From assembly GCA_021613535.1 (NCBI GenBank), contig CP075494.1, positions 11,284,001-11,348,000 on the forward strand: DNA of 64,000 nt, given 5' to 3'. A model generated the notes under the pieces. The model saw only the letters and a program-made list of their open reading frames with translations, was not told the DNA's origin and did no database searches. This DNA is from Adineta vaga (taxonomy: Eukaryota; Animalia; Rotifera). Below are positions 1-11,968 of the stretch, piece after piece. Position numbers and translations under genes: made by a program. Each line of letters starts with the position of its first letter. The first letter of the stretch is position 1.

Positions 1-821
1 CGATTTGCTGAAGGAGAATTTCAAACTTGGTCTTAGACTGTATGGGACAAAGTCGATGTCGGAATCGTTATAGCCAGTTCAATCACTGACGACGTAGACA
101 ACTTGGTGCTAGATAAAAATGTTAAAATAACATCAAATATGTATTTAGTCATTTGGGAACGAAGCGACCAGGGAAAAATTGAAATTCAAAGTTATGTCAC
201 CATTTTCAAAACAATAGTTGGGACAGATTGTCGGCTCAACGAAGACTATTGGACTAATAAGAGAGAGCGAATCTATAATGCTAAGAAATATTATCTAGTT
301 CTGAAAATTGAAACAAATCCAGTCTATCGCGGTTATTCATTAGAATCCAACTAGAACTAAATTGCTTCTTTCATTTTCTAAGTTCTTGCATATCGTCTTT
401 ATTTTTCATCAAAAATAAAATCATCATATGCATGGAAGTTTCAGAAAAATGTTTTTATCTTGATGCTTTGCTCATGATAAATTCTGATTCGTCTGAGATA
501 GCGCCTTCTTACTATAGTTGATGGTGAGAAGAGAAAGGCTTCTCTATACCAACACGCTCTCTATAGTAATATAATTACGTCTTTCAATCAAATGAAAATG
601 ATAAATTTGTGATCAAAAATTATTTTTGTTTATTTCAACATAACATCTTTATAGATTAATATCATCATCATGTTTGATAACAAAGAAAAAAAAATAGACA
701 TACATACATACATAACTCTTATCCATGATAATACAAGATGAAATAAGAAAAAAAAATATTCCATACGACGGGCACAAAGATATACACCAGTGACAAAGGA
801 AAACAAAATATTTCATTATAT

Positions 822-2401
822 TCAATTGTTCTTAGGCGGAATTTGGGCTTCAACTATATCATATACTTCAATTAATTGCTAAAAACGAGAATATACATGA
901 GGAAGAAGATCGAAGAAGAACTATATTTCTTACCTCCCATTCATCCATTGTGATCGACTATAATAACAGAGAAATATTTCTTATATTAAAAACTTTCATT
1001 TAAAAAAGATCTTACCATAATCATTTGATTAGCACGTTCAGTTGATTCATCTGCCTGTGTTGAACTGTTACTATTAGCCGTTCGATTCATTGCTTTACTT
1101 GTTGGTTCTGAATTGTATAATAATCAATTAAATCTTTTTCTTTTTCAATCAATTAACTTACCAAGTGCTGGTAAAGACACATCATCTTGAAAAAGATTAA
1201 CGAATCCTTCCTAGAATAAAAGAACAGAATATTAAGAAATTCATCTGAATTTTTACATAAATTCAAATACTTTGATAAGAAATGAAACATGAAACATATT
1301 TTCTACAGTTTTAGCAAATGATGCTGGATCAATAACAAATTCAAAGTAATCAATTGGACTACAATCAGCTGATTTATAACGTTCAACAAGACAACGTTTG
1401 ATATGCATGATTTGTTTGATAGTTTGTTCACCAAGTTCAGAATTAAATTCTTTTACCTAAAATAAATAAGAGAGATGAACAATTATACATCTTACCAATT
1501 GTTTTCTCTTAAAAAATTCTTACTTCTTCTGGTCGTGTACGTGTTCTTTCTAATTCTTCTTGTGTTAATTTCTGTTGTCGAACAGGTTTTGCACGTTGTT
1601 TTTGTTTTTCATGATATTCATTGGTAAATAATTTCGTTGGTAATCGACCATTCCTTTATCAATATTACGAAAAATAACGAAAACAATCTTTCAGAACAAT
1701 CAAACTTACATCAAACATGGTGCTGGTAGAATATGATGAAAATTGCCAAAGATTTCATAGAATTCATTGGCATTTCCAACTAATTTCGAAAGGATTTTCT
1801 CGCATTTACGTGCAAATTCATAAGCACGATCTAAACCTCCTGCTTCATCAACAGCACGAATTCGAACACTAGCTAAATTTGATATAGTCCGTAAGGTTGA
1901 AGCATCAAGCACACCTTCTCGTGGCATTTTAACTAAAGATTACAAAGAAAATGTATGAAACTTTTCATAAAACTTCATTTTACCTTTAGCAAATGCTTTA
2001 TCAACTTGATCAATCTTCTTCTCTAATTCATCATTATCAGGTGAAGTATACAACTGTCGATTGGCTATAAGATAACAAATGATTCTCGATAAATATGATG
2101 AACCTATTGAAAATCTTACTATTTAGATCATCAATAAACTGTCGATAATCTAAGCGTACTCGTAAACGTAATTCAGCATCATCCTCAACCATTGACATCT
2201 AAATATTTGAAAAAATCAGACTTGTTTTGAATAAAACTCGATTTACTTGACTAGGACGTTGCGTTTGACTTCCATACCCGTTATCATCATTTTCTTCTGG
2301 TCGTTTATGCTTTAAACAGAACAAAGAAAGTTTTCAGAAAAGAAGAAGATTGGCTCATTTACTTTGCTTTTCTCAGATGATTTATTATTGACCATTGTCA
2401 T
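822..2401 (-). CDS. NSMCE4A: Non-SMC element 4 (kleisin subunit of the SMC5/6 complex), multi-exon
   Basis: Spliced translation gives RLRVRLDYRQFIDDL and VKMPREGVLDASTL (Nse4 N-terminal region), then [31 protein letters not shown] and ITMDEWEQLIEVYDI (Nse4 C-terminal signature). Introns are short GT-AG. Confidence 0.92.
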
Positions 2402-2452
2402 CAAATTGAATTCGTTGGGATATAATACTGATGATTGACAACGGAAATTTTA

Positions 2453-2482
2453 TTTAAAATTTTTCCCGAAAAAAAATCCAAT
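2453..2482 (-). promoter_or_regulatory. Putative E2F/CDE-CHR (DREAM-type) element plus CCAAT box upstream of NSE4
   Basis: The minus strand reads ATTGG...TTCGGGAAAAATTTTAAA (inverted CCAAT, E2F-like CGGGAAA, CHR-like TTTAAA), about 50-80 nt upstream of the NSE4 ATG. Confidence 0.4.
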
Positions 2483-2666
2483 CAAGGAGAACTAAAAGTA
2501 GGTGTCACTGGATTATGTAATCATTCGCAAATCTTCTTGAAATTGAAATCAGCAAGTACAGAATTTGACCGATCTGCTGTAAAGAATTCGTGTCGCTCGA
2601 GATTTTTCGTTCTTATACGTTCGAAGAATTATAAAAGAAAGTAAATTATAAGTAACTGAGTAAACA

Positions 2667-3212
2667 GTGAATTCAACAACGACAACAAAATTTGCTTTTC
2701 TTATCGATTGTATTTCTGTGACTAATATTTGCCGTTTAAAAATTGAATATCTTGCAAATTTCCCATCAAATAGTGGTATCTATCTATTCTATCGTCGTTT
2801 CAAACGTTTTTCATCTAATAATCGTAATATTTATCTTATTTCAACATCAGAAGAAGATATTAATATAAATATGTCCTTTAAATTTGATCAAATTGCTAAT
2901 CGATATAACGAATTTATTCTTATTGCGAATTATCAATCAGTTTGTTTAGAAAATGAATCAATTCGAATTGATTATAATCAAAATCAATTTTTTCACTCTT
3001 GTCCATTTGAAACCAAACAACAATCAACATATTTATATCGTTTTGATCAATTACTCTATTATTTGAATACGAAACATTCAACTATTCATTATGATTATTG
3101 TATCGAATGCTGAAATATGATCAATGAGAAAAATTCAACAGACGAAACAATGTTCAATAAACATTTAAAAGATAAACATGCTACAGGTTTTGAATTGATA
3201 ATTACACAATAA
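2667..3212 (+). pseudogene. Decayed paralog of the PIN/NYN-C2H2 gene at 16582-17385
   Basis: It aligns with the intact gene: KFAFLIDC/KIAFLIDC, FPSNSGIYLFY/FPPNSDIFLFF, NMSF/NLSF, QSTYLYR/QSTCLYR, YCIEC*NMI/YCSKCEEMI, KHLKDKH/EHVQKEH. It has no ATG, an internal TGA at 3111-3113, internal deletions, and has lost acidic residues. Confidence 0.8.
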
Positions 3213-4364
3213 TCTCATGTCGATAGATCTTTATTTAAACATCGAAATTATATAGTTGCTCTTAGTGAATGAGGAGATTTTTATTGTAAATCTTTGATGC
3301 ATGAATGAATACTTTGATGATTGACTAACATCATGTCAGTTCATACAATCATTCTGCATCATTTCATGTCTGAGTATGATTATGTCTCGACTCTTTCATT
3401 TTCTCAACATGCCTTTACAAATATTCAATAAATAGATCATTTCAAAAAGTATATTAAAATTTCTTTTTTTCAAATGATGATTGTAACTATAAGATGAGAA
3501 AATCTGATCTGATCTACGCATATATTGAAGGGCACTTGGACGTATCTTCGTACTAATAGAACATACATAACTTCTATTTGATATGATTTGTCATTTTTTG
3601 ATCATATCACCTTTTTTTCTTTCACCGTGAGATTGCTGTCTACATATTTATGACGCAAGCTAGTCTTTAATTAACAGAAAACTAATATGTGATATTCTCG
3701 AGAAAGAATTTCTTCGGATATTGATTATTACAACAAATATCTCGTTGTAAACAAAGAAAAAAATATGTTGAACATGCATGTCAATCGAAGAATTTCTCCT
3801 TCCAAACTCTATTAATATGATGATAAATTTACATAAATGTCCAGACGACTAAGTTAATTACTTTCTTTTCATGTATGTCCTTCTATAACTGTTTATTAGT
3901 TCTTTTGTGCAATAACGTCTGTCATTCTACGAGTTAAAGTCACGGTCATAAACCAAAAACAGACATCCTAAAAGATATACATAATGATGAAGAACAAATC
4001 TTAGTCACACAGTCAACAACAAAGAAAAAGATGAAAGATTTTTCGAATTTTTACGTACATTCTCTTTCTTATTCATCATTGACAAAAATGAAATGTCGAC
4101 ATTTGTCATGAATAAGAATGTGAAGAGAAAAAGTTTTATTGTCTCTATCCTTCTCAATGATTTTGATGTCATGAAATAAATTTTATCATCAATGTCGAGT
4201 TCAATACTTTTTTTTTCTTTTCTTTAAAATAAGAAGTTCATAAAAAAGCTAGTATTATGTATAATAAAATCGTTTATAAACAAACCAATAACTTTCTATA
4301 ACAAGATAAGTTAAAAGAATACGTCGGAAGAACAAAACAATGATGGAAGATAATTCTATCTGTA

Positions 4365-5390
4365 TTAACATAGTGATTCATGGCATGTTTGTGCTAATTC
4401 TAAAACGAAAAGAAAACAAAAAGTAGAATTGTCATTTGATTATCAAATCGAATTACCATGTCGGAATTTTTCAAGTTGAGATGAAAGACGTACTGATGAA
4501 GGACAACTATTTTGTACCAAAGATAACTGTGTTGTTAGTTGATTGTTTTCTGCCTAAAAAACACGAAATTGAATGAAGTTTTTCTTTGATAATTTTCAAA
4601 TTTTACTTCAAGTGCATTGAACGCAATATGCAAACGTTCAACATCAGTTTGTAACTGTCCAAGAAGTATTGATTGGCATTGTCTATTTTGTAATTCTTTT
4701 TCTAGTTCAATAATTTTTTTTTGTAAAGATTCCCTTCGATGACATTCTCGTTCATATTTCGCCTTCAATTAGAAAAGAAGAAAAAAAAACGATTCATCGT
4801 TCATATGAACATGTATATGAGGTAAAAAAAAAGCAGAGTAAGGAAAAAAGGCCGTTGAACTATTAACCTTCCATTGAGATTCCTGTTGTTCGATGTCCTT
4901 CAATTGTTGTTCCAGTTCATCGATTTTTGTCTGTTTACTATGCAGAACTTGAATAAGTTCACTTGTGACAAGGTTTTGTTCATCATGTTTCTTTTTCAAT
5001 GGTGCATCATCATCACGTGTTGGAATCATGTCCTTCACTAAATTCTACAAAATACATATGATGGAAAAGAAAATCGAGAATGAATCTACATACTAGTTCT
5101 GTCGTGGAAAGATAATTATCATGTAAAGCAGCATCAATTTGAGTCCGAAGAACATCAACCTAGAAAGAAATAGAGAAATTGATTGAACAAAAAAGTTCTT
5201 TTTTCTTTTGAAATACTTTTCGTCTCATTCGTCGATAACGAAGACTAGCATTAGGATCGGATGGTACAGGAGCTCGGCTATTCACAGATTTACTACGTGG
5301 ATGAATTTGTTTGTCTTTGGAGTATTCGTCAGATAAAGCAGTAAGTTTTCGACGTAGTCGAACAGCCGGCGATTCGTTCTCAATAACCAT
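4365..5390 (-). CDS. Uncharacterised coiled-coil protein, about 6 exons
   Basis: Exons splice in frame: MVIENESPAVRLRRKL...KQTKIDELEQQLKDIEQ...LQKKIIELEKELQNR...ELAQTCHESLC*. The sequence is heptad-rich. Confidence 0.7.
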
Positions 5391-6294
5391 ATTTGTACGA
5401 AAAAAATTACTATGCAATGCGATGCAGCAATTTATACAAGAGAAGAAATAGAAGGTTAGATAGTGAATGGCAAACAAACCAATGAGTAAGTAAGAGAAAA
5501 CGAATGAGATATAACTGGTGACCTCTTTAATTTTTTGTACGTATAAAATAATGAATTATATCTACTTTCCAATTTGAATTCTCAGTTGCATATTGATCCA
5601 CTTGGTGATAATCAATCGTTTGAAGACTATCAAATTCTCATGTGACGAGAAACATTAGAACAGCGATCGAACATTTTTGTACATATAAAATCTGTAATTG
5701 TATATGTGTAATAAGAAAGAATTGGAGTAGAGGAGACGCGTCTTTTTTCTTGTTATTAGATATATATGATCGAAATGTTTGGTGAAGAAAGAAATTGAAT
5801 CAATCGAGGACATAGTGTGTTAATTGATTTGTGTTATTTTTTAATTTTGTTGTGGAAAGATTTCGTTTTCGTGTTGCTGTTTATTACAAAATGGCCTTCT
5901 AATGTATAGACACTAACTGTTGCTATATGTTACTGACTAGTTTTCATGAGAGACAAAAAAACATGTCACCAAGGTTTTTTCAAAAACTCATCTAGTGAAA
6001 ATATACAAATAATAAACAAAAAAAACTTGATAAGAAAAAGATTTATGAAAGATTAATAACCTAATATATTTATTTATTCATTCTTTAAGCATATTTTTTG
6101 TTTAGTATAAACAAATGAAAGAAAAATTTTCTTAACTAATTCAAAGAATTTCTCCATGAAAGACATAGGATATCTGTCGAAAAAAAAGAAAGAAAGAAAG
6201 AAAGAATAAGAACTATCTGTGCAGAGAAAGCGCACAACGAGAAATACAAATATGTTACTTAGAGAAATAGATACTCAAAATTGAGTGGAATTCA

Positions 6295-8447
6295 TTATGT
6301 TGAACCATTATATATTTGATTTGTATTATTTAATTGCACAGGTGTTGTTGTTCCTGTAAAGATCGTTTTTGGTTCACAAAAAGGACCAAATTGATCTGTA
6401 ATTGATACTCCTCGAACAGCAAATGCATAATGACTATTTGGTTGAAATTCTTTTAGAGTAACAGCCATTGGTAAACGCATAGATTTCACTGTACCTATCT
6501 AAAATACAGAATAAATATCAATCAATGTTAAAATAATTTGTACTTTTTTCCAATCTGATGTTGTTACAGTTGCATTGTGTTTATATGCATAGATTTCATA
6601 ATTTTGAATCGATTCCATAGGTGTTGAAGGTAGATTCCAAGTTAAACGAACTGATGTATTATCTTGTGTAATATTTAATTGAGGTCGAGCAATACTCGAA
6701 TCAATTGGTGTATGTTCTGGTAATGGACGTAAAGGAAATGTCTAAAGTACAGAATATAAATCATATCTTACAGTTTTATGTAATATTATTACTTGGCCAA
6801 GAGATGTAGTAGGATTTGAACGACTGATTGGTTCTAAAATAGATGATAGATAATCTTCTTTTGTGGATATCTAAGTATAGAAAACGTACGACTCTGCGTG
6901 GGAGTACTAGTTGTTGATGTGATCATACTAGATGAATTCTGTTGCTATGCAAAAAGAAACAATCAGACATTGAAAAATAATCATAAAGAAATACTAACTG
7001 GTCTTGAAGATGTTGATAATCGATTTCTATTCGTATCATCATCGTCTTCTTCTGTTAAATCGACAACATCTTGAGAAGTTGGTGGGGGTGGTGGTAGTGG
7101 TGGTGGTAGTACTGGTGCTGTGGCAGGCTTTTTTAACATTGATATTTTGTTTGTCATTGTTGTAGTTGTTGCTGTAGTAGTTGTTGTTAAACAAGGTATT
7201 AATTGTTGTAATGATGGACCTTTCGTTCGAATCGGAGTAAGAAAACTATTGAAAGGACGTATAGGTACTGTTGTAGGACTTTTCGCATTTGGTGTCGAAT
7301 GTTTTCCATTCGTTTGCTAAAGAAAGAAAGAAAGTCAAAAGAAAAGTTTTCATCACTTTCAAAAATATACGAGAATATTTGGTTTGGAAATCGATGGTTG
7401 TATTGTTGAAATATCTGTCTGAATTTGTGTATCATGTTGATTAATTTGAATCGTTTGTTGTTCACGATCAGTTTTATTAATATACAATTGTCGTTGATAA
7501 AACGTCATTAATTCTTGATGTTGCCGTTTTAATGTTTGAATAAGACGATTATTATTTAAAGATCGTTCATTTTGTTGTTCTTGACGTGTTTGCCGTAGAG
7601 CTTGTTCGAATAGAAGATAATCAGCTGTAGGATTTGATGTACTTTGATGACATTGACAGGCACAAAGAGGAGGATGAGGATCAGATCGTGATACTAAACA
7701 GTAAACGAAAGAATTTCTTCACAACTATGAAACAAAATTCCTACCTTCAATTTCAACAATATCATCATCATCATTAACTTGTAATTGTGAAAGGATAGAA
7801 GATTGTTGATCACTTTCCATGGATGCATCTTCGTTTAAACTTCTTGTTACATCTCGTGTGTGTAGTTCATTGGTAGTTGCTGTAGCTACAGGTGTTTTTT
7901 TTCCAAAATTTATTATGATTTTTGAATGTGAAATCTTTTACTTACATTCTGTATTTGTTGTATTAATACTTTGTTCATTATTATTCTCATCAAAATGCTC
8001 CATTATTGAATCAATTGTATTATATATATCCAATGAAATACTCGTTGAACATTGATTAATATCATCTATCTAAATAGAATAACAGTAGTTCTTTCGATTG
8101 ATTTCAAGTATTATTTTTTTTTATTGAACCTGATTGAATAAATCCTTATGAATTTGATTTTGAATCTGTTCGATAATATCTCGAACAATGTCTTCATTAG
8201 TTTGTTCGACAATCATTTGTTCAATTTCATTTTCCGGTATAATTACAAATGATTGTTCAACATGTGGAATATCATTTTCTAATTTGACATCACATTGAAT
8301 CGTATCAAATATTGAAGGTTCTTCTTTACAAGCATTTGTTATAGATAAAGATGTTGAGACAGTCTTTGCTTGAGATTTCACATTTCGTGAGACAGTACTT
8401 TTACGTGCCGTATGACGATAAATATCTGGAATAATACTTGTTGACAT
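6295..8447 (-). CDS. ATF7IP: ATF7IP/MCAF1/Windei-like SETDB1 cofactor with a C-terminal FN3 domain
   Basis: The C-terminus VRLTWNL...YEIYAY...WKKIGTVKSMRLPMAVTLKEFQPNSHYAFAVRGVSITDQFGPFCEP matches the ATF7IP FN3 domain. There is an upstream coiled coil and a Pro/Thr-rich linker with a VVDLT SIM-like motif. Confidence 0.88.
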
Positions 8448-8969
8448 GATTGTCTAAAGCAAATGAGAGAAGCGATTGAATTTAGTTTTTTCATAAATTT
8501 TAAAGAATACAAACCGTTAGATAACGATATGACTGATATTTTTCTTACATACGTATACATAGTCAAGATCTATGCGTCATTTTCTTTTCATTCTCTTGTC
8601 ATACGTATGAACAGATATACTTCCATCTATAGTTATTTTTCTATTCGATATCATTTTTATACTTTTCTTTTTTCTTCACTATGAGTTAAAAACAATAACG
8701 GACAATTTATCTCTATAATTAGAAAGAACATGACGATGCTTACATTCATTTTGTTAATCCAATTTAAACATGCACTCTTTTCATAATCATAACCAATCGA
8801 TTACTTTTTTCTATCTAATCTTTTCTCTGAAATAAAAAGACAAGAGAAGTATTTCTTATATCAATGTAATTATATCGAATAAAATGATACACAAGAATAA
8901 AAACAATGTCAAACAGTTCGATTTCATTTCCGTCGGTTTTTTTTCTTCTTAATACGAAAAGAATATTTC

Positions 8970-10260
8970 TTAAAGTTCAACACATGCACATAATGTTGGT
9001 GGACAATGAACCACACATAGTTGTAAACACCATTGTTCAATACCAATTAATGGTTTAAGAACTTCATGAGTTGGATAACAACGAAGACTTTTATTATTTG
9101 TTTGAGAAATTTCATTAATGATATCTTCGGATGATTGATAAGGAAAAATGAAATTCATTGATGGCGATGTGCTTGTTGTTGTTGTTGTTGTAGTTGACGA
9201 TTCACTTGGTAGAATTGGTAATGATTCGATTTCTGAAGAAATCATTAATGGATCCACAATTGGAAGAAGAAATAATGGCTGTTCTGTTGAAGAACTTGTT
9301 GGTAGAGGTAATAGAAAATTATCATTTCCAGAAACAATACTTATATCAGCACAACTAATCAAAATAAAATAATAGATATAAATTAACACGAACAAGATTT
9401 ACATACTTGTAAAATTCTTCTTGGTAACCACAGCCAAGACATGATTTTCCGGATATGCCATCTGTGCCCCAATTATTTCCAGCATGATAACGCCATTGTA
9501 ATACACAATGAGAGCATGATATATCAGCAGGTAAATGAACTCTATAACATGAATATTAATCAAACGAAAACTAGTGAAATCAAATGATTTTACTTCAAAA
9601 AAATTGAATCAATTCCTTCATTAACTAGATATTGTGTACCAAAACCTTCGATAAACAGTAGATTTTGATCAAGACATTCTTGTGTAACTTCAGTATTTGA
9701 ATTTGATAATGGACATAAACGAAGTTCCATAAATCCGACATGATTTGCAGTTAACTATTAGAAAAACAAGTAAAGATACGTTTTTTTTATCTTCTATCTT
9801 ACTAGAATTTTCACTTCAATTTGTGAACCTGATATATAATTTCGAACAATAGTATTCGTTGCATATTTACCACCTATTTCATGATCGCGAGGACCTGAAT
9901 ACGAATCACCGCAAACACCACATTTACCATCTATAGTAATTAATAATTGATACAGAAGAAATATATATATATATATGATTTAACCGACTTACCATTTGCT
10001 TTTTGAATACTTAATCCACCACAATTTAATCCAACATCATCATAATTTTCCGGAACATTAAATCCTAAAATTTCAACTTTCGATAAGAAAAAAAAAACTT
10101 CTACTATAGACTATCTACCATAACGCCATGCTGCATTTCGAGCTGGTGGATCTTCCATTCTTCCATGTCCATGTATTTGTTGAAGAGAAATAATTGCAAT
10201 AAGCCAACTAAATATTCTTCTAATGAATAAAATAGAAAAAAAGAATCTATGCACATTCAT
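8970..10260 (-). CDS. Secreted lytic polysaccharide monooxygenase (AA15, chitin-binding type-4 fold) with a Thr/Ser linker and a Cys-rich C-terminal module
   Basis: A signal peptide is followed by HGRMEDPPARNAAWR, NCGG, GKCGVCGD, LTANHVG, CSHCVLQWRYHAGNNWG and QEEFYNCADI. Both His-brace residues are present. Confidence 0.92.
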
Positions 10261-11968
10261 TGCTTAAACACAAATAGTTCACACATCTTACTTTCGCATG
10301 ACTTTTCTATAATTTAAATGCTTAGTATTTCTTCCATATAGACATAAGAGAAGACTTTTTCACTTAGTACATATTTTTTATTTGTTGCCTTTTATGTCTC
10401 GCCAAACACACACACAAAATAAATTCTGTCTATGTTGTCTACCTAATTAAAACACTAATCGATTCAAGGCCCAACGTTTTCGTTATTAGACTTGGTTTCA
10501 ACTTTCATCCAACAACTGATCAACGTCTATATACTCTCACTCGTACGGAATGAATGATTGTTGATTGAAGGACAGTTTACAGTTGATCTTAAGATGACAA
10601 TATGTTTGATATGAATACATGTTTAAGAGAGACAGAAACAAAAGACGTATACGAAGAAGAATAAGAGAATAAGTTCAATATAAATCCGACCAGTTGCTTT
10701 TGTTGTCTTTAGTCAACAATAGGAGAAAGACAAAAGTAATGCTGATCCCTTTCGTCGTCTTCATTCTCATCTTAATTATGCATAAAAGTGATTAATACTG
10801 ACAAACATATCAACAACCAAGTGAATTTACTCTTTAAATAAACGACAACGCCGTTCATTTCTTTCTGTTTTTTCTCACAAGAAAAGGTCACTTACTTGTA
10901 CAACTAATTATTTTCGAAGTCAAAAAACGTGATATAAAGATATTTCTTCTTCATCGGTTTTTGTTTCTTTGCAGGTAAGGTGAAGAAAAGACAAGAAATA
11001 AATAATCATATATTACCAATGATGATATCGCACAGATGGCAGACATTTAAATATAAATGCATATGAGCGACATCAATCTCACTTCATTTTTTCAAAATAG
11101 TTCTTACTGATTAACAAGTAGTTTTATGTGAATAAATGAAATATGTTAATCAGCTGTATATCAGACAAGGTCAAGTGACTTTCATTTAACGAATTTGAAA
11201 TCAACGAAAAGATTTAGAAATACTTTGATAATCTCTTCTCTTTGTACAAAAACCATTCAATTGATGATTTCAATCAAGATATGAGGAGGAGATTGAGTGC
11301 TTAGTGAAAGAAAAAAAAGCAATTTAGTATCTTGTTTCATTAGATCGCAATATCTTCGATTGAAATGATTGAATTTAGAATATCGATATTCAAAAAAAAA
11401 TAAGTGTTCATTTTTTCCTCATTTTTTATCTTTTATTGAATATCTTCATTGAACTGAAACTATAACTTAACTAATTAATATTCAATCAGTTCAGCTTGAT
11501 CAAATAACAGTTCTTATTCATCATGAATATTCAGTAATGCTCTTTGTTTTGATTAGTATGTATATGGATTGATTTAATCAGTTTCGTACAAATAGAACAG
11601 AGAAATTAGTAAATATATTTTCTTTTTTTTGCTTGATAACAACCAGCACACACACGTTTTGAAGAAGAAATGTATAGATCATGATACAAAAAAAAGAGAG
11701 AAAAAAAATCTAGCTCTAAAAAAGAACATCAAAATTATTTTTGTCGATATATGTATATATACATATATATGTATAATAAACGAGACAAGATATAGAATAA
11801 TGTGCCCACGAACAGAGTCTAGAGAGCGAGTGACATTGAAAAAGAATGATTATTATTTTCACAGACAATGATGATAACCACTAGAAAGATTAAATATTTT
11901 AAGAGAAGAGAAGAGAAGAAGAAAAAATGCAATCAAATGTTTTGGTTATGTCAGAATGATCACTTCGC

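Noticed and set aside
1-354. 83-aa ORF at the window edge
   Set aside because: No ATG start, an in-frame stop upstream and no recognisable motif. It may belong to a feature outside the window.
3111-3113. In-frame TGA as selenocysteine or programmed readthrough
   Set aside because: It aligns with Glu, not Cys, in the intact paralog. Other lesions indicate decay, and no SECIS is evident.
3210-3420. Cluster of CATG-containing motifs resembling p53 half-sites
   Set aside because: There are no properly paired RRRCWWGYYY decamers, so it is compatible with chance.
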